Assembly: GCA_003648765.1 (NCBI GenBank)
Contig: QMPV01000001.1
Span: 290 to 64,289 of the forward strand
Direction: 5' to 3'
Length of the DNA stretch: 64,000 nt
Source: Candidatus Aminicenantes bacterium
GTDB lineage: Bacteria; Acidobacteriota; Aminicenantia; Aminicenantales; Aminicenantaceae
Position 1 is the stretch's first letter, and each line of letters begins with the position of its first letter. Position numbers and translations under genes: made by a program. The notes beneath the pieces are model-generated. The model was not told the DNA's origin. It ran no database searches and saw only the letters and a list, made by a program, of their open reading frames with translations. Of the stretch, positions 1 to 9,839 are shown piece after piece.

Positions 1-755
1 CTAACTTTAAAGATATTATTCCCGTAAATGAGGAAGAATATCAGCAATATCTTCAGGAGGCAGCCCGGGTGTCTGTCGAAGAGTTGTTGCGCTATCTCAA
101 TGCTTTACTTAAAGAAGAACCAGCTTTGAAACGTTCTTTTCAACCGCGGATTTATTTAGAGACAGTCTTAATTAAATTGTGCCATTTTAATCAATTGGTA
201 TTTCTGGAAGAATTTTTGGCAGGGAAAAGGCAAGAAGGTGAAAAAGAAAAGATCAGATTAGTGGACCAGCTGGGGAAGAGGAAGCAGGAGACTCAGACAA
301 CTCCGCCTCAATTTGAGGAAAGCCTTAAGAGTGAGCAAGGGTTGAAGAAAACACCTCTCCAGAACAAAGCTATTTTTCCGCCCCAAGAGAAGATATTTCC
401 TCAAGGCGAAAGAGAGATAACCCCAAAAAATTTAAATGATGAGTCTAGCCAGAAAAGTAAAAGCGTGACTAACAATTTATCTCCGCCAGAAATACCTGAA
501 TTATCTTCCCCTGTTTCGACTTCGTCTCCGGTGAGGAAACAAAAAATTTCATCGGAGGCTCGGGGAGAAAAAGAATCTTCTTCTCCCAGTAGGTCACGGG
601 CGAAAGATAAACTTCTGGCTGAAGCTTTAGAAGAGCCCCAGGTCAGGGAATTTATGGAAATGTTTAAAGCTCAGGTCTTAGCCGTTCAACCTTTAGGGGG
701 AAGAAGCCAGGTGAAAGCCAACCCAGACAGAGAAAAAAATAATCAGGGAGAATAG
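1..755 (+). CDS. dnaX: DNA polymerase III subunit gamma/tau, C-terminal fragment (5' end lies outside the window; reading frame is open from nt 3)
   Basis: The frame is open from the window edge. The LLRYLNALL...KRSFQPRIYLETVLIKL stretch resembles the end of DnaX domain III and is followed by a low-complexity Ser/Pro/Lys/Glu tail typical of tau. It lies directly upstream of ybaB-recR, the conserved dnaX-ybaB-recR arrangement. Confidence 0.55.
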   Translation, partial: NFKDIIPVNEEEYQQYLQEAARVSVEELLRYLNALLKEEPALKRSFQPRIYLETVLIKLCHFNQLVFLEEFLAGKRQEGEKEKIRLVDQLGKRKQETQTTPPQFEESLKSEQGLKKTPLQNKAIFPPQEKIFPQGEREITPKNLNDESSQKSKSVTNNLSPPEIPELSSPVSTSSPVRKQKISSEARGEKESSSPSRSRAKDKLLAEALEEPQVREFMEMFKAQVLAVQPLGGRSQVKANPDREKNNQGE

Positions 756-757
756 CC

Positions 758-1069
758 ATGAAAGGTTTACCTAATATTCAAAAGATGCTTAAGGCTGCTC
801 AGGAGATGCAAGCTAAACTCCAACAAGAGCTGGCCGAATTGAGGGTCGAGGGTTCTAGCGGGGGTGGGATGGTCACTGTGGAGTTAGATGGGCATAAGAA
901 TATAATTTCACTGAAAATCGATCCGGAAGTGGTTAATCCTCAAGAAGTAGAGATGTTACAAGATTTAATCATTGCAGCTTATTCAGAGGCCGCGGCTCGG
1001 GTTAACGAGACTATTGCGGAAAAACTTCAAGCTCTGGGGCCAGGATTCAATTTGCCGGGGTTGTTCTAA
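758..1069 (+). CDS. ybaB: YbaB/EbfC family nucleoid-associated protein
   Basis: 103 aa. The N-terminus MKG..NIQKMLKQAQEMQ..LQ..L and a GGGMV.V...G motif match YbaB. It sits between dnaX and recR. Confidence 0.9.
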   Translation: MKGLPNIQKMLKAAQEMQAKLQQELAELRVEGSSGGGMVTVELDGHKNIISLKIDPEVVNPQEVEMLQDLIIAAYSEAAARVNETIAEKLQALGPGFNLPGLF

Positions 1070-1674
1070 TGGCTGAGCGGGAACATCCTATTGAACGTTT
1101 AATTGAAGAATTAAAAAGGATTCCTACAATTGGGGCGAAGACCGCCCAGAGAATAGCCTATTATTTATTTAATCGGCCTCAGGAAGAGCTGGATCGTTTG
1201 GCCGCGGCGATAAAAGAGGTTAAACAAGGCATCAAGGAGTGCTCTATTTGTCATAACTTAAGTCCCACTGATCCTTGTGCCTACTGTCAGGATGAGCAGC
1301 GGGATGATCGTCTTTTATGTGTGGTGGAGGAACCGTATAACATTGCTTCTATTGAGAAAAGTGGCGTTTATCAAGGTAGGTATCATGTATTAAGGGGAGC
1401 TCTTTCTCCTCTCAAGGGAATTGGTCCTGATGAGTTAAAAATTGATAGCTTAATTCGCAGGGTAGAAAAAGGTCAATTTGAAGAAGTCATCATTGCTACC
1501 AATACCACTTCTGAAGGTGAAGCTACGGCTGTTTATTTAGCCCGGAAGTTAAAACCTTTTCCAGTCAAAGTAACCCGCTTGGCTATGGGCTTGCCCGTGG
1601 GTACAGATATTGATTACGCCGATCAGGTTACTCTGAGAAAAGCTATTGAGGGACGCTTGGAAATAAAAGACTGA
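1069..1674 (+). CDS. recR: recombination protein RecR
   Basis: 201 aa with an HhH N-terminus, a C4 zinc finger (CSICHN...CAYC) and a Toprim region (LLCVVEEP...ATNTTSEGEATA). The start overlaps the ybaB stop (TAATG). Confidence 0.92.
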   Translation: MAEREHPIERLIEELKRIPTIGAKTAQRIAYYLFNRPQEELDRLAAAIKEVKQGIKECSICHNLSPTDPCAYCQDEQRDDRLLCVVEEPYNIASIEKSGVYQGRYHVLRGALSPLKGIGPDELKIDSLIRRVEKGQFEEVIIATNTTSEGEATAVYLARKLKPFPVKVTRLAMGLPVGTDIDYADQVTLRKAIEGRLEIKD

Positions 1675-2078
1675 AACAGCCTAAAAAATCCTTCAGCCGG
1701 GGGAAAAATTTTTCTATATGCATTCTGAGCTTTGGACGCTCTGACAATTTCACTTAGCTTGCCGGAAAGGATGACGGTAATTTTTGCAAAATTCCCTCAG
1801 GCTTAAATTCGGACGAGACAAGCTGATTTTTATGGTCTTTGTCCTAGAAGATGATTGTATCTTTTTGCCCAGCATTAATGGGGGCGCCTATGGCTCTCAT
1901 TGGGATTTATGGCTCAGGTTCTCTAAATTGACTCCATAAATAGCCTTCAGCTTTTGGTTATCTAGATTTATATTTTGGATGAGTTGGCCTGAAACTGGAG
2001 GAACTGGGGTCATTATCTCTTTTCCCTTCTCGCTAAAGAAAGTGAGCTACCTTTTCGTTTTCGAACGACGAAGAGGAT

Positions 2079-2106
2079 TTGCAAAAATATTTCAAACGTG
2101 TACAAT
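2079..2106 (+). promoter_or_regulatory. candidate sigma70 promoter for the PFOR gene (TTGCAA-16nt-TACAAT)
   Basis: TTGCAA at 2079-2084 and TACAAT at 2101-2106, about 65 nt upstream of the PFOR ATG at 2171. It lies inside the artefactual 5' extension of the long ORF. Confidence 0.3.
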
Positions 2107-2170
2107 AAAGAGTTTAATTTTTCCGACCGGTTTTTATAACCCTTCAACCCGGCCACAAAGGAGTCAAAAA

Positions 2171-5100
2171 ATGATTAAGAAGAATTACCAAACTATTGAT
2201 GGCAACACAGCTGCTACCCATGTTGCCTATGCTTTTAGTGAGGTAGCTGCTATCTATCCCATTACTCCTTCTTCCCCGATGGGGGAATTAGCTGATGAAT
2301 GGGCTTCTCAAGGACGGAAAAACATTTTTGGGCAGGTGGTTGAAGTTATGGAGATGCAATCAGAAGCAGGGGCTGCTGGAGCTGTCCATGGCAGTTTGTC
2401 AGCTGGAGCTCTGACGACCACTTTTACAGCTTCCCAAGGATTGATGTTGATGTTGCCCAATATGCATAAGATAGCCGGAGAAATGTTGCCGACAGTCTTT
2501 CATGTCTCGGCTCGCTCGTTAGCCTGCCAGTCTTTATCTATTTTTGGGGATCATTCCGATGTTATGTCAGCTCGGAACACCGGCTTTGCCTTAATGGCGG
2601 CCGGTTCAGTCCAGGAGACTTTGGATTTAGCCATTGTCTCGCATTTGGCCACTCTGAAAGCTAGCGTTCCCTTTTTAAACTTTTTTGATGGCTTTCGAAC
2701 ATCGCATGAAATTCAGAAGGTCGATGTGGTTCCTTATTCAGTTATGGCTGAGCTGGCAGAGTGGCAATATGTTAAAGAATTTAAAGAGAGGGCTCTCCGT
2801 CCAGATAAACCCAAAGCAAAAGTAGGGGCGGAGAATCCAGATGTTTATTTTCAAGGCAGGGAAACGGTTAATCCTTTTTATGCCCGGACTCCGGCTATAG
2901 TTCAGGAATATATGGATAAATTAGCGGAGAAGATAGGGCGTCAGTATCATTTGTTTGATTATGTTGGAGCTCCCGATGCTGATAAAGTCATAATCGCCAT
3001 GGGGAGTGCCGTGGAAACAATTGAGGAAGCAGTTAATTATTTAACTGCCCGAGGAGAAAAGGTAGGAGCAGTTAAAGTTCGTTTATTCCGGCCCTTTTCG
3101 GTCGAGGCTTTTCGGAAGGTTTTACCCGCCACGGTAAAGAAAATAGCTGTTCTTGACCGGACTAAGGAGCCTGGGGCCATTGGGGAGCCTCTTTATCTGG
3201 ATGTAGTCGCCGCCCTGGCGGAGACACCGATTAAAATTATCGGCGGTCGTTATGGCCTTTCTTCCAAGGAATTTACTCCCACTATGGTTAAAGCAGTCTT
3301 TGATCATTTGGATGGTTCTTGTACGCATGGCTTTACTGTAGGAATTGAGGATGATGTTAGCGGTACTTCTATTCCTTTGGGACCAGAAATTGATGCCGAG
3401 CCGAAAGGCGTTATCCGTTGTAAATTCTGGGGATATGGCTCTGATGGAACAGTGGGTGCCAGTAAAAATTCCATTAAGATAATTGGTGACCATACAGATT
3501 ATTATGTTCAGGGATACTTTCAGTACGATTCTAAAAAGTCTGGTGGGGTAACTATTTCCCATCTCCGTTTTGGCAAGGAAAAAATCCAGTCCCAATATCT
3601 CTTGAATCACGTTGATTTTGTGGCTCTTCACAAATCTTCTTATATTGGTCGCTATGATATCCTGGAGGGTATTACCGAAGGCGGGGTTTTCCTGTTGAAT
3701 TCTACTTGGAAAGCTGAGGAAGTTTTCGAGAATCTGACTGAAGATATGCAGAAGACGATTATTGAGAAGAAAATAAAAGTTTACAATATTGACGCTTTGA
3801 AAATTGCTCAGGAGGTTGGTCTAGGGACTAGAATTAATACGGTTATGCAGGCAGCCTTTTTTAAAGTTTCGGGCGTTCTCCCTGAGGATGAAGCCATTAA
3901 GTTAATTAAAGAAGCTATTAAAAAGACTTTTTTGGCCAAAGGAGAAGATATAGTTCAGAAAAACTGGGCCGCAGTTGATCGGGCAGTAGAAGCTTTGGAA
4001 GAGGTACCTATTCCGGACAAAATCACCAAATCTGCTTCACCTCCACAGTTGCTTCCTGAAGACGCAGATGATTTTGCCCGCCAGATTATTGAGCCGATTA
4101 TGCGCTTTAAGGGAGACACGATACCTGTTTCTCATATGCCTTACGATGGCCAGATTCCTACCGGAACTACTCGTTTAGAGAAACGAGGAGTAGCGCCTTT
4201 TGTGCCTGAATGGTTGCCAGAGAAATGTATTCAGTGTAATCAATGTGCTTTGGTTTGTTCGCACGCCGCTATTCGGCCTAAACAGATTGACCCCGCTGAT
4301 CTCAAAGATGCGCCGGCGAGTTTTACTACCGTTAAATCGCGCACCCGCAATGACCGCAACCTTCAATACCGCCTGCAGGTCTTTATTGAGGATTGTGTGG
4401 GTTGTGCTAGTTGTGTGGAGTCGTGTCCGCTCAAGGAAAAAGCCTTAAGAATGATTCCTTTGGAAGAAGCTAGAAAAGCTGGGGAGAGGGAAAACGAAAT
4501 TTTCTTTGAAACCTTGCCCTATGATGTTCTCGATGGAGTCAATCCAGCCACAGTTAAAGGAAGTCAGTTTCTCCGGCCCTATTTTGAGTTCAGTGGTGCC
4601 TGTGGCGGATGCGGTGAAACTCCCTATATTAAATTAGCCACTCAGCTTTTCGGCGACCGAATGATTATCGCCAATGCCACTGGCTGTTCCTCAATTTACG
4701 GTGGAACTTTTCCTACGATTCCTTATTGTAAAAATGAGCTGGGTCAGGGTCCCGCTTGGGCCAATTCTCTTTTTGAAGACAATGCCGAATATGGTTTCGG
4801 CATGCGCTTGGCTGTAGATGCCAATCGTCGCAAACTGAAAGCATTGCTGGAAGAAGCCTTGGAATTGGAACTGGCTGAAGCTTTAAAAGAGGCCTTTCAA
4901 CGCTGCCTCTCTCTCTGGAAGAGGACTGATGATGAAGCTAAACAAGCTGCTCGACAAGCCCGAGAAATCCTCGCGGCCAGGCTTTCTCAAGAGAAAGCTA
5001 CAGTCCAGCCTCTTCTTCGCCAAATTCAGTATTTACAGGATTACCTTGTGGATAAAAGCATCTGGTGTATCGGTGGAGACGGTTGGGCCTATGATATTGG

Positions 5101-5695
5101 CTATGGAGGCTTAGATCACGTTATTGCCACTAATCGTAATGTTAATCTCTTGGTTTTAGACACAGAAGTTTATTCCAATACGGGAGGTCAGGCTTCCAAA
5201 GCCACTCCTACTGGTTCAGTAGCTAAGTTCGCCGCGGCTGGCAAACGGACCAAAAAGAAGGACTTGGGCCTGATGGCCATGAGTTATGGTTATGTTTATG
5301 TGGCCAGTGTGGCTATGGGAGCTAATGCCAACCAGTGCTTGAAGGCTTTTATCGAAGCGGAAGCTTATGATGGACCTTCTTTGATCATCGCTTATTCTCC
5401 CTGCATCAATCATGGGATTGATATGGCCAAATCCCAGCAGGAGGAGAAATTAGCCGTTGAGTCAGGTTACTGGGTACTCTATCGCTATAATCCTCTCTTG
5501 GCCAAAGAAGGTAAAAATCCTCTTATTCTCGATTCCCGAGAGCCTAAATTTGATTATGAGGATTTCCTTAGAAATGAAATCAGATATCGCTCTCTCGCTC
5601 AGCAACATCCAGAAATTGCCCGAGAACTCTTTGCTCAGGCCGCCAAAGAGGCCCGTGAAAGATATGAATTTTATAAGAAACTCTCCCAGATGTAA
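2171..5695 (+). CDS. por: pyruvate:ferredoxin (flavodoxin) oxidoreductase, single-chain homodimeric type
   Basis: The N-terminus MIKKNYQTIDGNTAATHVAYAFSEVAAIYPITPSS is canonical. There are two 4Fe-4S ferredoxin motifs (CIQCNQCALVCSHAAI and CVGCASCVESCP) and a TPP-binding GDGWAYDIGYGGLDH motif, for about 1175 aa total. An AAAGGAG RBS sits at 2157-2163. The ORF-track start at 1979 is an in-frame upstream extension, not the real start. Confidence 0.93.
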   Translation: MIKKNYQTIDGNTAATHVAYAFSEVAAIYPITPSSPMGELADEWASQGRKNIFGQVVEVMEMQSEAGAAGAVHGSLSAGALTTTFTASQGLMLMLPNMHKIAGEMLPTVFHVSARSLACQSLSIFGDHSDVMSARNTGFALMAAGSVQETLDLAIVSHLATLKASVPFLNFFDGFRTSHEIQKVDVVPYSVMAELAEWQYVKEFKERALRPDKPKAKVGAENPDVYFQGRETVNPFYARTPAIVQEYMDKLAEKIGRQYHLFDYVGAPDADKVIIAMGSAVETIEEAVNYLTARGEKVGAVKVRLFRPFSVEAFRKVLPATVKKIAVLDRTKEPGAIGEPLYLDVVAALAETPIKIIGGRYGLSSKEFTPTMVKAVFDHLDGSCTHGFTVGIEDDVSGTSIPLGPEIDAEPKGVIRCKFWGYGSDGTVGASKNSIKIIGDHTDYYVQGYFQYDSKKSGGVTISHLRFGKEKIQSQYLLNHVDFVALHKSSYIGRYDILEGITEGGVFLLNSTWKAEEVFENLTEDMQKTIIEKKIKVYNIDALKIAQEVGLGTRINTVMQAAFFKVSGVLPEDEAIKLIKEAIKKTFLAKGEDIVQKNWAAVDRAVEALEEVPIPDKITKSASPPQLLPEDADDFARQIIEPIMRFKGDTIPVSHMPYDGQIPTGTTRLEKRGVAPFVPEWLPEKCIQCNQCALVCSHAAIRPKQIDPADLKDAPASFTTVKSRTRNDRNLQYRLQVFIEDCVGCASCVESCPLKEKALRMIPLEEARKAGERENEIFFETLPYDVLDGVNPATVKGSQFLRPYFEFSGACGGCGETPYIKLATQLFGDRMIIANATGCSSIYGGTFPTIPYCKNELGQGPAWANSLFEDNAEYGFGMRLAVDANRRKLKALLEEALELELAEALKEAFQRCLSLWKRTDDEAKQAARQAREILAARLSQEKATVQPLLRQIQYLQDYLVDKSIWCIGGDGWAYDIGYGGLDHVIATNRNVNLLVLDTEVYSNTGGQASKATPTGSVAKFAAAGKRTKKKDLGLMAMSYGYVYVASVAMGANANQCLKAFIEAEAYDGPSLIIAYSPCINHGIDMAKSQQEEKLAVESGYWVLYRYNPLLAKEGKNPLILDSREPKFDYEDFLRNEIRYRSLAQQHPEIARELFAQAAKEARERYEFYKKLSQM

Positions 5696-6295
5696 CCAGA
5701 AGTTTATTGTTGTTGTTGAATCTCAGTTTTGACGAGGTGGTTTCTTCTTAAAAAAGTGGCCAATATTCTGAGCGGATATGAGCTGATAATAAAATTTCCA
5801 GGTAAGTGTGGTGTCCAACAATTGAATACCCAAGGGAGTGAAATGAGTTTTTGAAGGAGAGCCATTTTTGGACTTCTGGGGAAGAGAGAGCCTCTTTGGC
5901 TTTAATTTTGTCAGTCAGGAAGTAGATTATCTCCGCAATAATTTATTTTTTCCATAGCTCTTTCAAGACCCTCCTCTCACTCTGGCTGGAGGCGAGTTGG
6001 CTTACTTACTATGAGTCCTAGAAGAAAGCCTTTAAATCGTCCCGAGCCAACTTCTAAAAAGTACTGAAGAGTCATCTTCTCCTGAGGAGAACAGAGACTT
6101 AAAGAAGTGAGTCTAGAACTCTAGAAAAAACCTTTATTTTCGTTGCAATAAAAAACAAATTGTCTTACTATTTTACCTTATGAGCTTGAGGGGAATTAAA
6201 TCAGAATTCTTGGTGAAACAAGAAAAATTCTCTCTTTAAATTTAAATTAAATTTAAAGAAGTCCAACTCCATTTTTCGTATTAAAAGGAGGTGCA

Positions 6296-6871
6296 ATGAA
6301 GGAAACGATTGAAATAAGATGGCATGGTCGAGCCGGCCAAGGGGTAGTGACCGCAGCGGCTACTTTAGCGGATGTGGTGGCCTCGGTTGAGGGGATGTTT
6401 GTTCAGGCTTTTCCTGAATTTGGCGCAGAAAAGCGAGGAGCTCCAATTATGGCCTTTAATCGGATCAGCCGTCGGCCTATCAGGATTCATAGTCAGGTCT
6501 ATGAACCAGATATTGTGGTTGTGACTGATCCCTCCTTGATTGGAATGGTCGATTTAACCAGTGGGGCCAAACCTGACGCTCTCTATTTATTCAACACAGT
6601 CTTTGATCTCCAGGCTATTAGAAAGAAACTCAAGATCGCCGATGGTCGTGTCTTTGGCCTGGATGCTTATACTATTGCTGAAGCTGAATTAGGCCGGCCG
6701 ATTCCTAATGTCCCCATGGTCGCTGCTCTGATCAAAATAACGAATCTCATGGATTTGGATCTTTTCAAGGAGAAAATTAGAGTTTCTTTAAGCAAAAAAT
6801 TGAGACCAGAAATAGTTGAAATGAATATGAAAACCATTGATCGAGCTTTTGAGGAGGTGAAGGAAGGATGA
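6296..6871 (+). CDS. 2-oxoacid:ferredoxin oxidoreductase gamma subunit (Por/Vor/Kor family)
   Basis: 191 aa with the GRAGQGVVTAA motif typical of POR gamma. It is the first gene of a four-gene gamma-delta-alpha-beta operon and has an AAAGGAGG RBS. Confidence 0.85.
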   Translation: MKETIEIRWHGRAGQGVVTAAATLADVVASVEGMFVQAFPEFGAEKRGAPIMAFNRISRRPIRIHSQVYEPDIVVVTDPSLIGMVDLTSGAKPDALYLFNTVFDLQAIRKKLKIADGRVFGLDAYTIAEAELGRPIPNVPMVAALIKITNLMDLDLFKEKIRVSLSKKLRPEIVEMNMKTIDRAFEEVKEG

Positions 6872-7182
6872 AAAAAGAAAGCTGGCGGGAATTACCCATA
6901 GGAGGTTTGAACGTTCATCCGGGAAATTCCGTGAGCAATTTAACCGGCACTTGGCGCTCCGGGAAGCGTCCGGAATTTATTCCGGAGAACTGTATTCAAT
7001 GTTTATTTTGTTGGTTATATTGCCCCCATTTAGCCATTCAGGTTAAGGATGGCGAGGTGGTAGGAATTAATTATGATTATTGTACCGGCTGCGGTTTATG
7101 TGCTGAAGAATGTCCAGCCAAGAAGAAGGCCATCGTAATGGTTAAAGAAGAAATAGCTCTCCAAGAGGGAGGTGGACAATGA
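6868..7182 (+). CDS. 2-oxoacid:ferredoxin oxidoreductase delta subunit (2x[4Fe-4S] ferredoxin)
   Basis: 104 aa with two CxxCxxCxxxCP-type motifs (CIQCLFCWLYCP and CTGCGLCAEECP). Its start overlaps the gamma stop by 4 nt. Confidence 0.85.
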   Translation: MKKESWRELPIGGLNVHPGNSVSNLTGTWRSGKRPEFIPENCIQCLFCWLYCPHLAIQVKDGEVVGINYDYCTGCGLCAEECPAKKKAIVMVKEEIALQEGGGQ

Positions 7183-8360
7183 GGACTAAGAAAATACTCA
7201 GCGGTAATGAAGCTATCGCTGAAGCAGTCCGTCAGGTTGATCCAGACGTAATGGCTGCTTATCCCATTACGCCTTCAACTAAAATTGTCGAGACAATCGC
7301 CCAGTTTGTAGCTGACGGTCTCTTAAGTGGAGAATTCGTTTGTCCTGAGAGTGAACATAGTGCTATGAGTGTTTGTATTGGGGCAGCCGCTGCTGGAGGT
7401 CGAGTTATGACGGCCACGGCTTCCCAGGGATTAGCCCTGATGTGGGAAATGCTTTATATTGCCGCCGCCCTGCGCTTACCTATTGTCGCTGCCATTGCTA
7501 ATCGAGCTTTAAGTGCGCCGATTAATATTCATGGTGACCATTCTGATATGATGGGGGCTCGTGATTCGGGCTGGATTCAGATTTATTCTGAAAATTGTCA
7601 GGAAGCTTATGATAACTTTATTCAGGCCTTCCGGATTGCGGAACATCCTGAAGTGGCTACTCCAGTGATGGTTGGGCTGGACGGCTTTATAATCAGTCAT
7701 TCTATGGAGCCGGTCTGGGTGGAGGATGACGCCGCAGTTAAAGAATTTCTGGGTGAATATCAGCCGCATTATTCTTTGTTGGATACCAGTCGTCAGATTA
7801 CTATCGGTTCACTGGATTTTACTGATTATTATTTTGAGCATAAACGTAGTCAATTGGCAGGAATAGAGAAAGCTCCCCAAGTTATATTAGAAGTTGGCCG
7901 GGAATTTGGTCAGAAGTTTGGTCGTACCTATGGTTTTTTTGAGGAATATCGGTTAGAAGACGCCGAGGTGGCTATAATTGTTCTGAGTTCGGCCGCTGGC
8001 ACAGGCAAAGAGGCTGTAGATCGTCTCCGAGAAGAAGGCCTGCCTGTGGGTCTACTTAAGCTCCGGGTTTTCCGTCCTTTTCCCTTTAAAGAACTGGCGG
8101 AGGTTCTTAAAGATAAAAAAGCAGTAGCGGTTTTGGATCGGTGTGTCACTCCAGGGGCTGAAACTGCACCCGTAGCCACCGAAGTTAAAGCAGCTTTATT
8201 TGCTTACGAGAAACGGCCTTTCGTGGTCAATTATGTCTATGGCTTGGGAGGTCGGGACATCAAGATAGAACATTTTCAGGAAGTAGCTCGGAAGCTAATG
8301 GAGATAGCTGAAACAAACCGGGTTGAACAGCCTTTTGGCTATTTGAACCTGCGCGAGTAA
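7179..8360 (+). CDS. 2-oxoacid:ferredoxin oxidoreductase alpha subunit
   Basis: 393 aa. The N-terminus (GNEAIAEAV...AAYPITPST...) is POR-alpha domain I. Its start overlaps the delta stop by 4 nt. Confidence 0.88.
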   Translation: MRTKKILSGNEAIAEAVRQVDPDVMAAYPITPSTKIVETIAQFVADGLLSGEFVCPESEHSAMSVCIGAAAAGGRVMTATASQGLALMWEMLYIAAALRLPIVAAIANRALSAPINIHGDHSDMMGARDSGWIQIYSENCQEAYDNFIQAFRIAEHPEVATPVMVGLDGFIISHSMEPVWVEDDAAVKEFLGEYQPHYSLLDTSRQITIGSLDFTDYYFEHKRSQLAGIEKAPQVILEVGREFGQKFGRTYGFFEEYRLEDAEVAIIVLSSAAGTGKEAVDRLREEGLPVGLLKLRVFRPFPFKELAEVLKDKKAVAVLDRCVTPGAETAPVATEVKAALFAYEKRPFVVNYVYGLGGRDIKIEHFQEVARKLMEIAETNRVEQPFGYLNLRE

Positions 8361-8381
8361 GCTGGCTAAAGGAGGTAAATT

Positions 8382-9311
8382 ATGGCTCGTTTGAAAGATT
8401 TGGCCCAACAAGAAGATAGATTAGCAGCCGGACATGGGATGTGTTTGGGCTGCGGAATTCCCATAATTTTAAGAATTGTTTTGCGAGCCACCACTGACCC
8501 CTTGGTGGTGGCCAATGCCACCGGTTGCTTGGAAGTCTGTACCACCATCTTTCCCCGCACAGCCTGGAAAGTTAATTGGATTCATAGTGCTTTTGAAAAT
8601 GCGGCGGCCACTATTGCTGGAGTAGAAGCGATGTATAAAGCCTTAAAGAGAAGAGGGAAGATTCCCGCTGACCGAAAAATAAAGTTTTTAGCTATTGGTG
8701 GTGATGGGGGTACTTACGATATCGGACTCCAGTCATTATCCGGAGCTATGGAAAGAGGTCATGATATTGTCTATCTCTGTTATGATAACAATGCCTACGC
8801 CAATACAGGTGGGCAGCGTTCCTCAGCCACACCTCTGGGAGCCTCGGCTACGACTTCGCCGGCGGGCCGAGCCATTCCCGGGAAACTCCAATGGCGTAAG
8901 GATCTCACCCGAATCATGGCGGCCCATGGCCTTCCTTATGTTGCCCAGGGAAGTATTCACCGCTGGCAGGATTTATTTAAGAAAGCCCAAAAGGCCTTTG
9001 CTATTGAAGGTCCAGCTTTCCTTAATGTACTCTGTCCTTGCCCCACGGAGTGGAAATATCCTGAGTCACAAGGAGTTAAATTGGCTCGTTTGGCGGTGGA
9101 GACCTGTGCCTGGCCGCTTTATGAAGTTGAGCAGGGGAAATATCGAATTACCTATAAACCTAAGGAAAAATTGCCGGTGACTGAATGGTTGAAGCCTCAA
9201 GGAAGATTTCGTCACCTGTTTAAAGAAGAAAACGCCTGGATGTTGGAGGAAATCCAGAAAAGGATTGATGCCGAGTGGGCAGAACTCTTGCGATTGAGCC
9301 AGATAGAGTAG
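8382..9311 (+). CDS. 2-oxoacid:ferredoxin oxidoreductase beta subunit (TPP-binding)
   Basis: 309 aa with CLGCG near the N-terminus and the TPP motif GGDGGTYDIGLQSL...NNAYANTGGQ. It is the last gene of the operon. Confidence 0.88.
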   Translation: MARLKDLAQQEDRLAAGHGMCLGCGIPIILRIVLRATTDPLVVANATGCLEVCTTIFPRTAWKVNWIHSAFENAAATIAGVEAMYKALKRRGKIPADRKIKFLAIGGDGGTYDIGLQSLSGAMERGHDIVYLCYDNNAYANTGGQRSSATPLGASATTSPAGRAIPGKLQWRKDLTRIMAAHGLPYVAQGSIHRWQDLFKKAQKAFAIEGPAFLNVLCPCPTEWKYPESQGVKLARLAVETCAWPLYEVEQGKYRITYKPKEKLPVTEWLKPQGRFRHLFKEENAWMLEEIQKRIDAEWAELLRLSQIE

Positions 9312-9839
9312 GGTAGAGGAGTCTTAATCTTGGTTGAATTTTAAAATTCAATATAAGATTTATTGGTCGAGAAAGAGCGATAATCTGGAGACCCAAGAAT
9401 TCTAATTTAGGCAAAGGCGGATAGCGAAAATTCAGTTAGAAGAATTTCTTCAAATTTAGCTTTTATTTACCTGGTTTATTCATAAATTAAAAATTTGATC
9501 TAAGAACAGCCAAAAATCTTAGCGGGTGATTGGTCCAATCTTTTCTGGTTGTTTTTTCTCCCTTCTTTTTCTAACGTATTATATATCATTACTTTACGAA
9601 GGAAAAGATCTTTTTTTATGAATTATTTAGGATTTAAAAAATTCCAAGAATTTTCTCCAGACGATTTTTTAATTATTTTTTTTTCAAAAAATGTAGAAAA
9701 AAATTTGCTTTGAAATGATATCTGATATAAAATATATTAGTAATTTATTTTTAGTTAAAATGTTATTAAAAAATTACAAAAAATCCTTGAACCACCCAAT
9801 GGTGTTTGATACATTAAACAACAGAAAGGGTGGTTTGCA

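Noticed and set aside
3122-3631. 169-aa minus-strand ORF inside the PFOR gene
   Set aside because: It is fully antisense to a strongly supported CDS, has no RBS or motifs, and is a typical shadow ORF. The same reasoning applies to 4175..4448, 4929..5114 and 5216..5413.
8695-9180. 161-aa alternative-frame ORF inside the oxidoreductase beta-subunit gene
   Set aside because: It is a same-strand out-of-frame overlap with a conserved TPP-binding CDS and has a low-complexity Arg/Pro-rich translation. Spurious.
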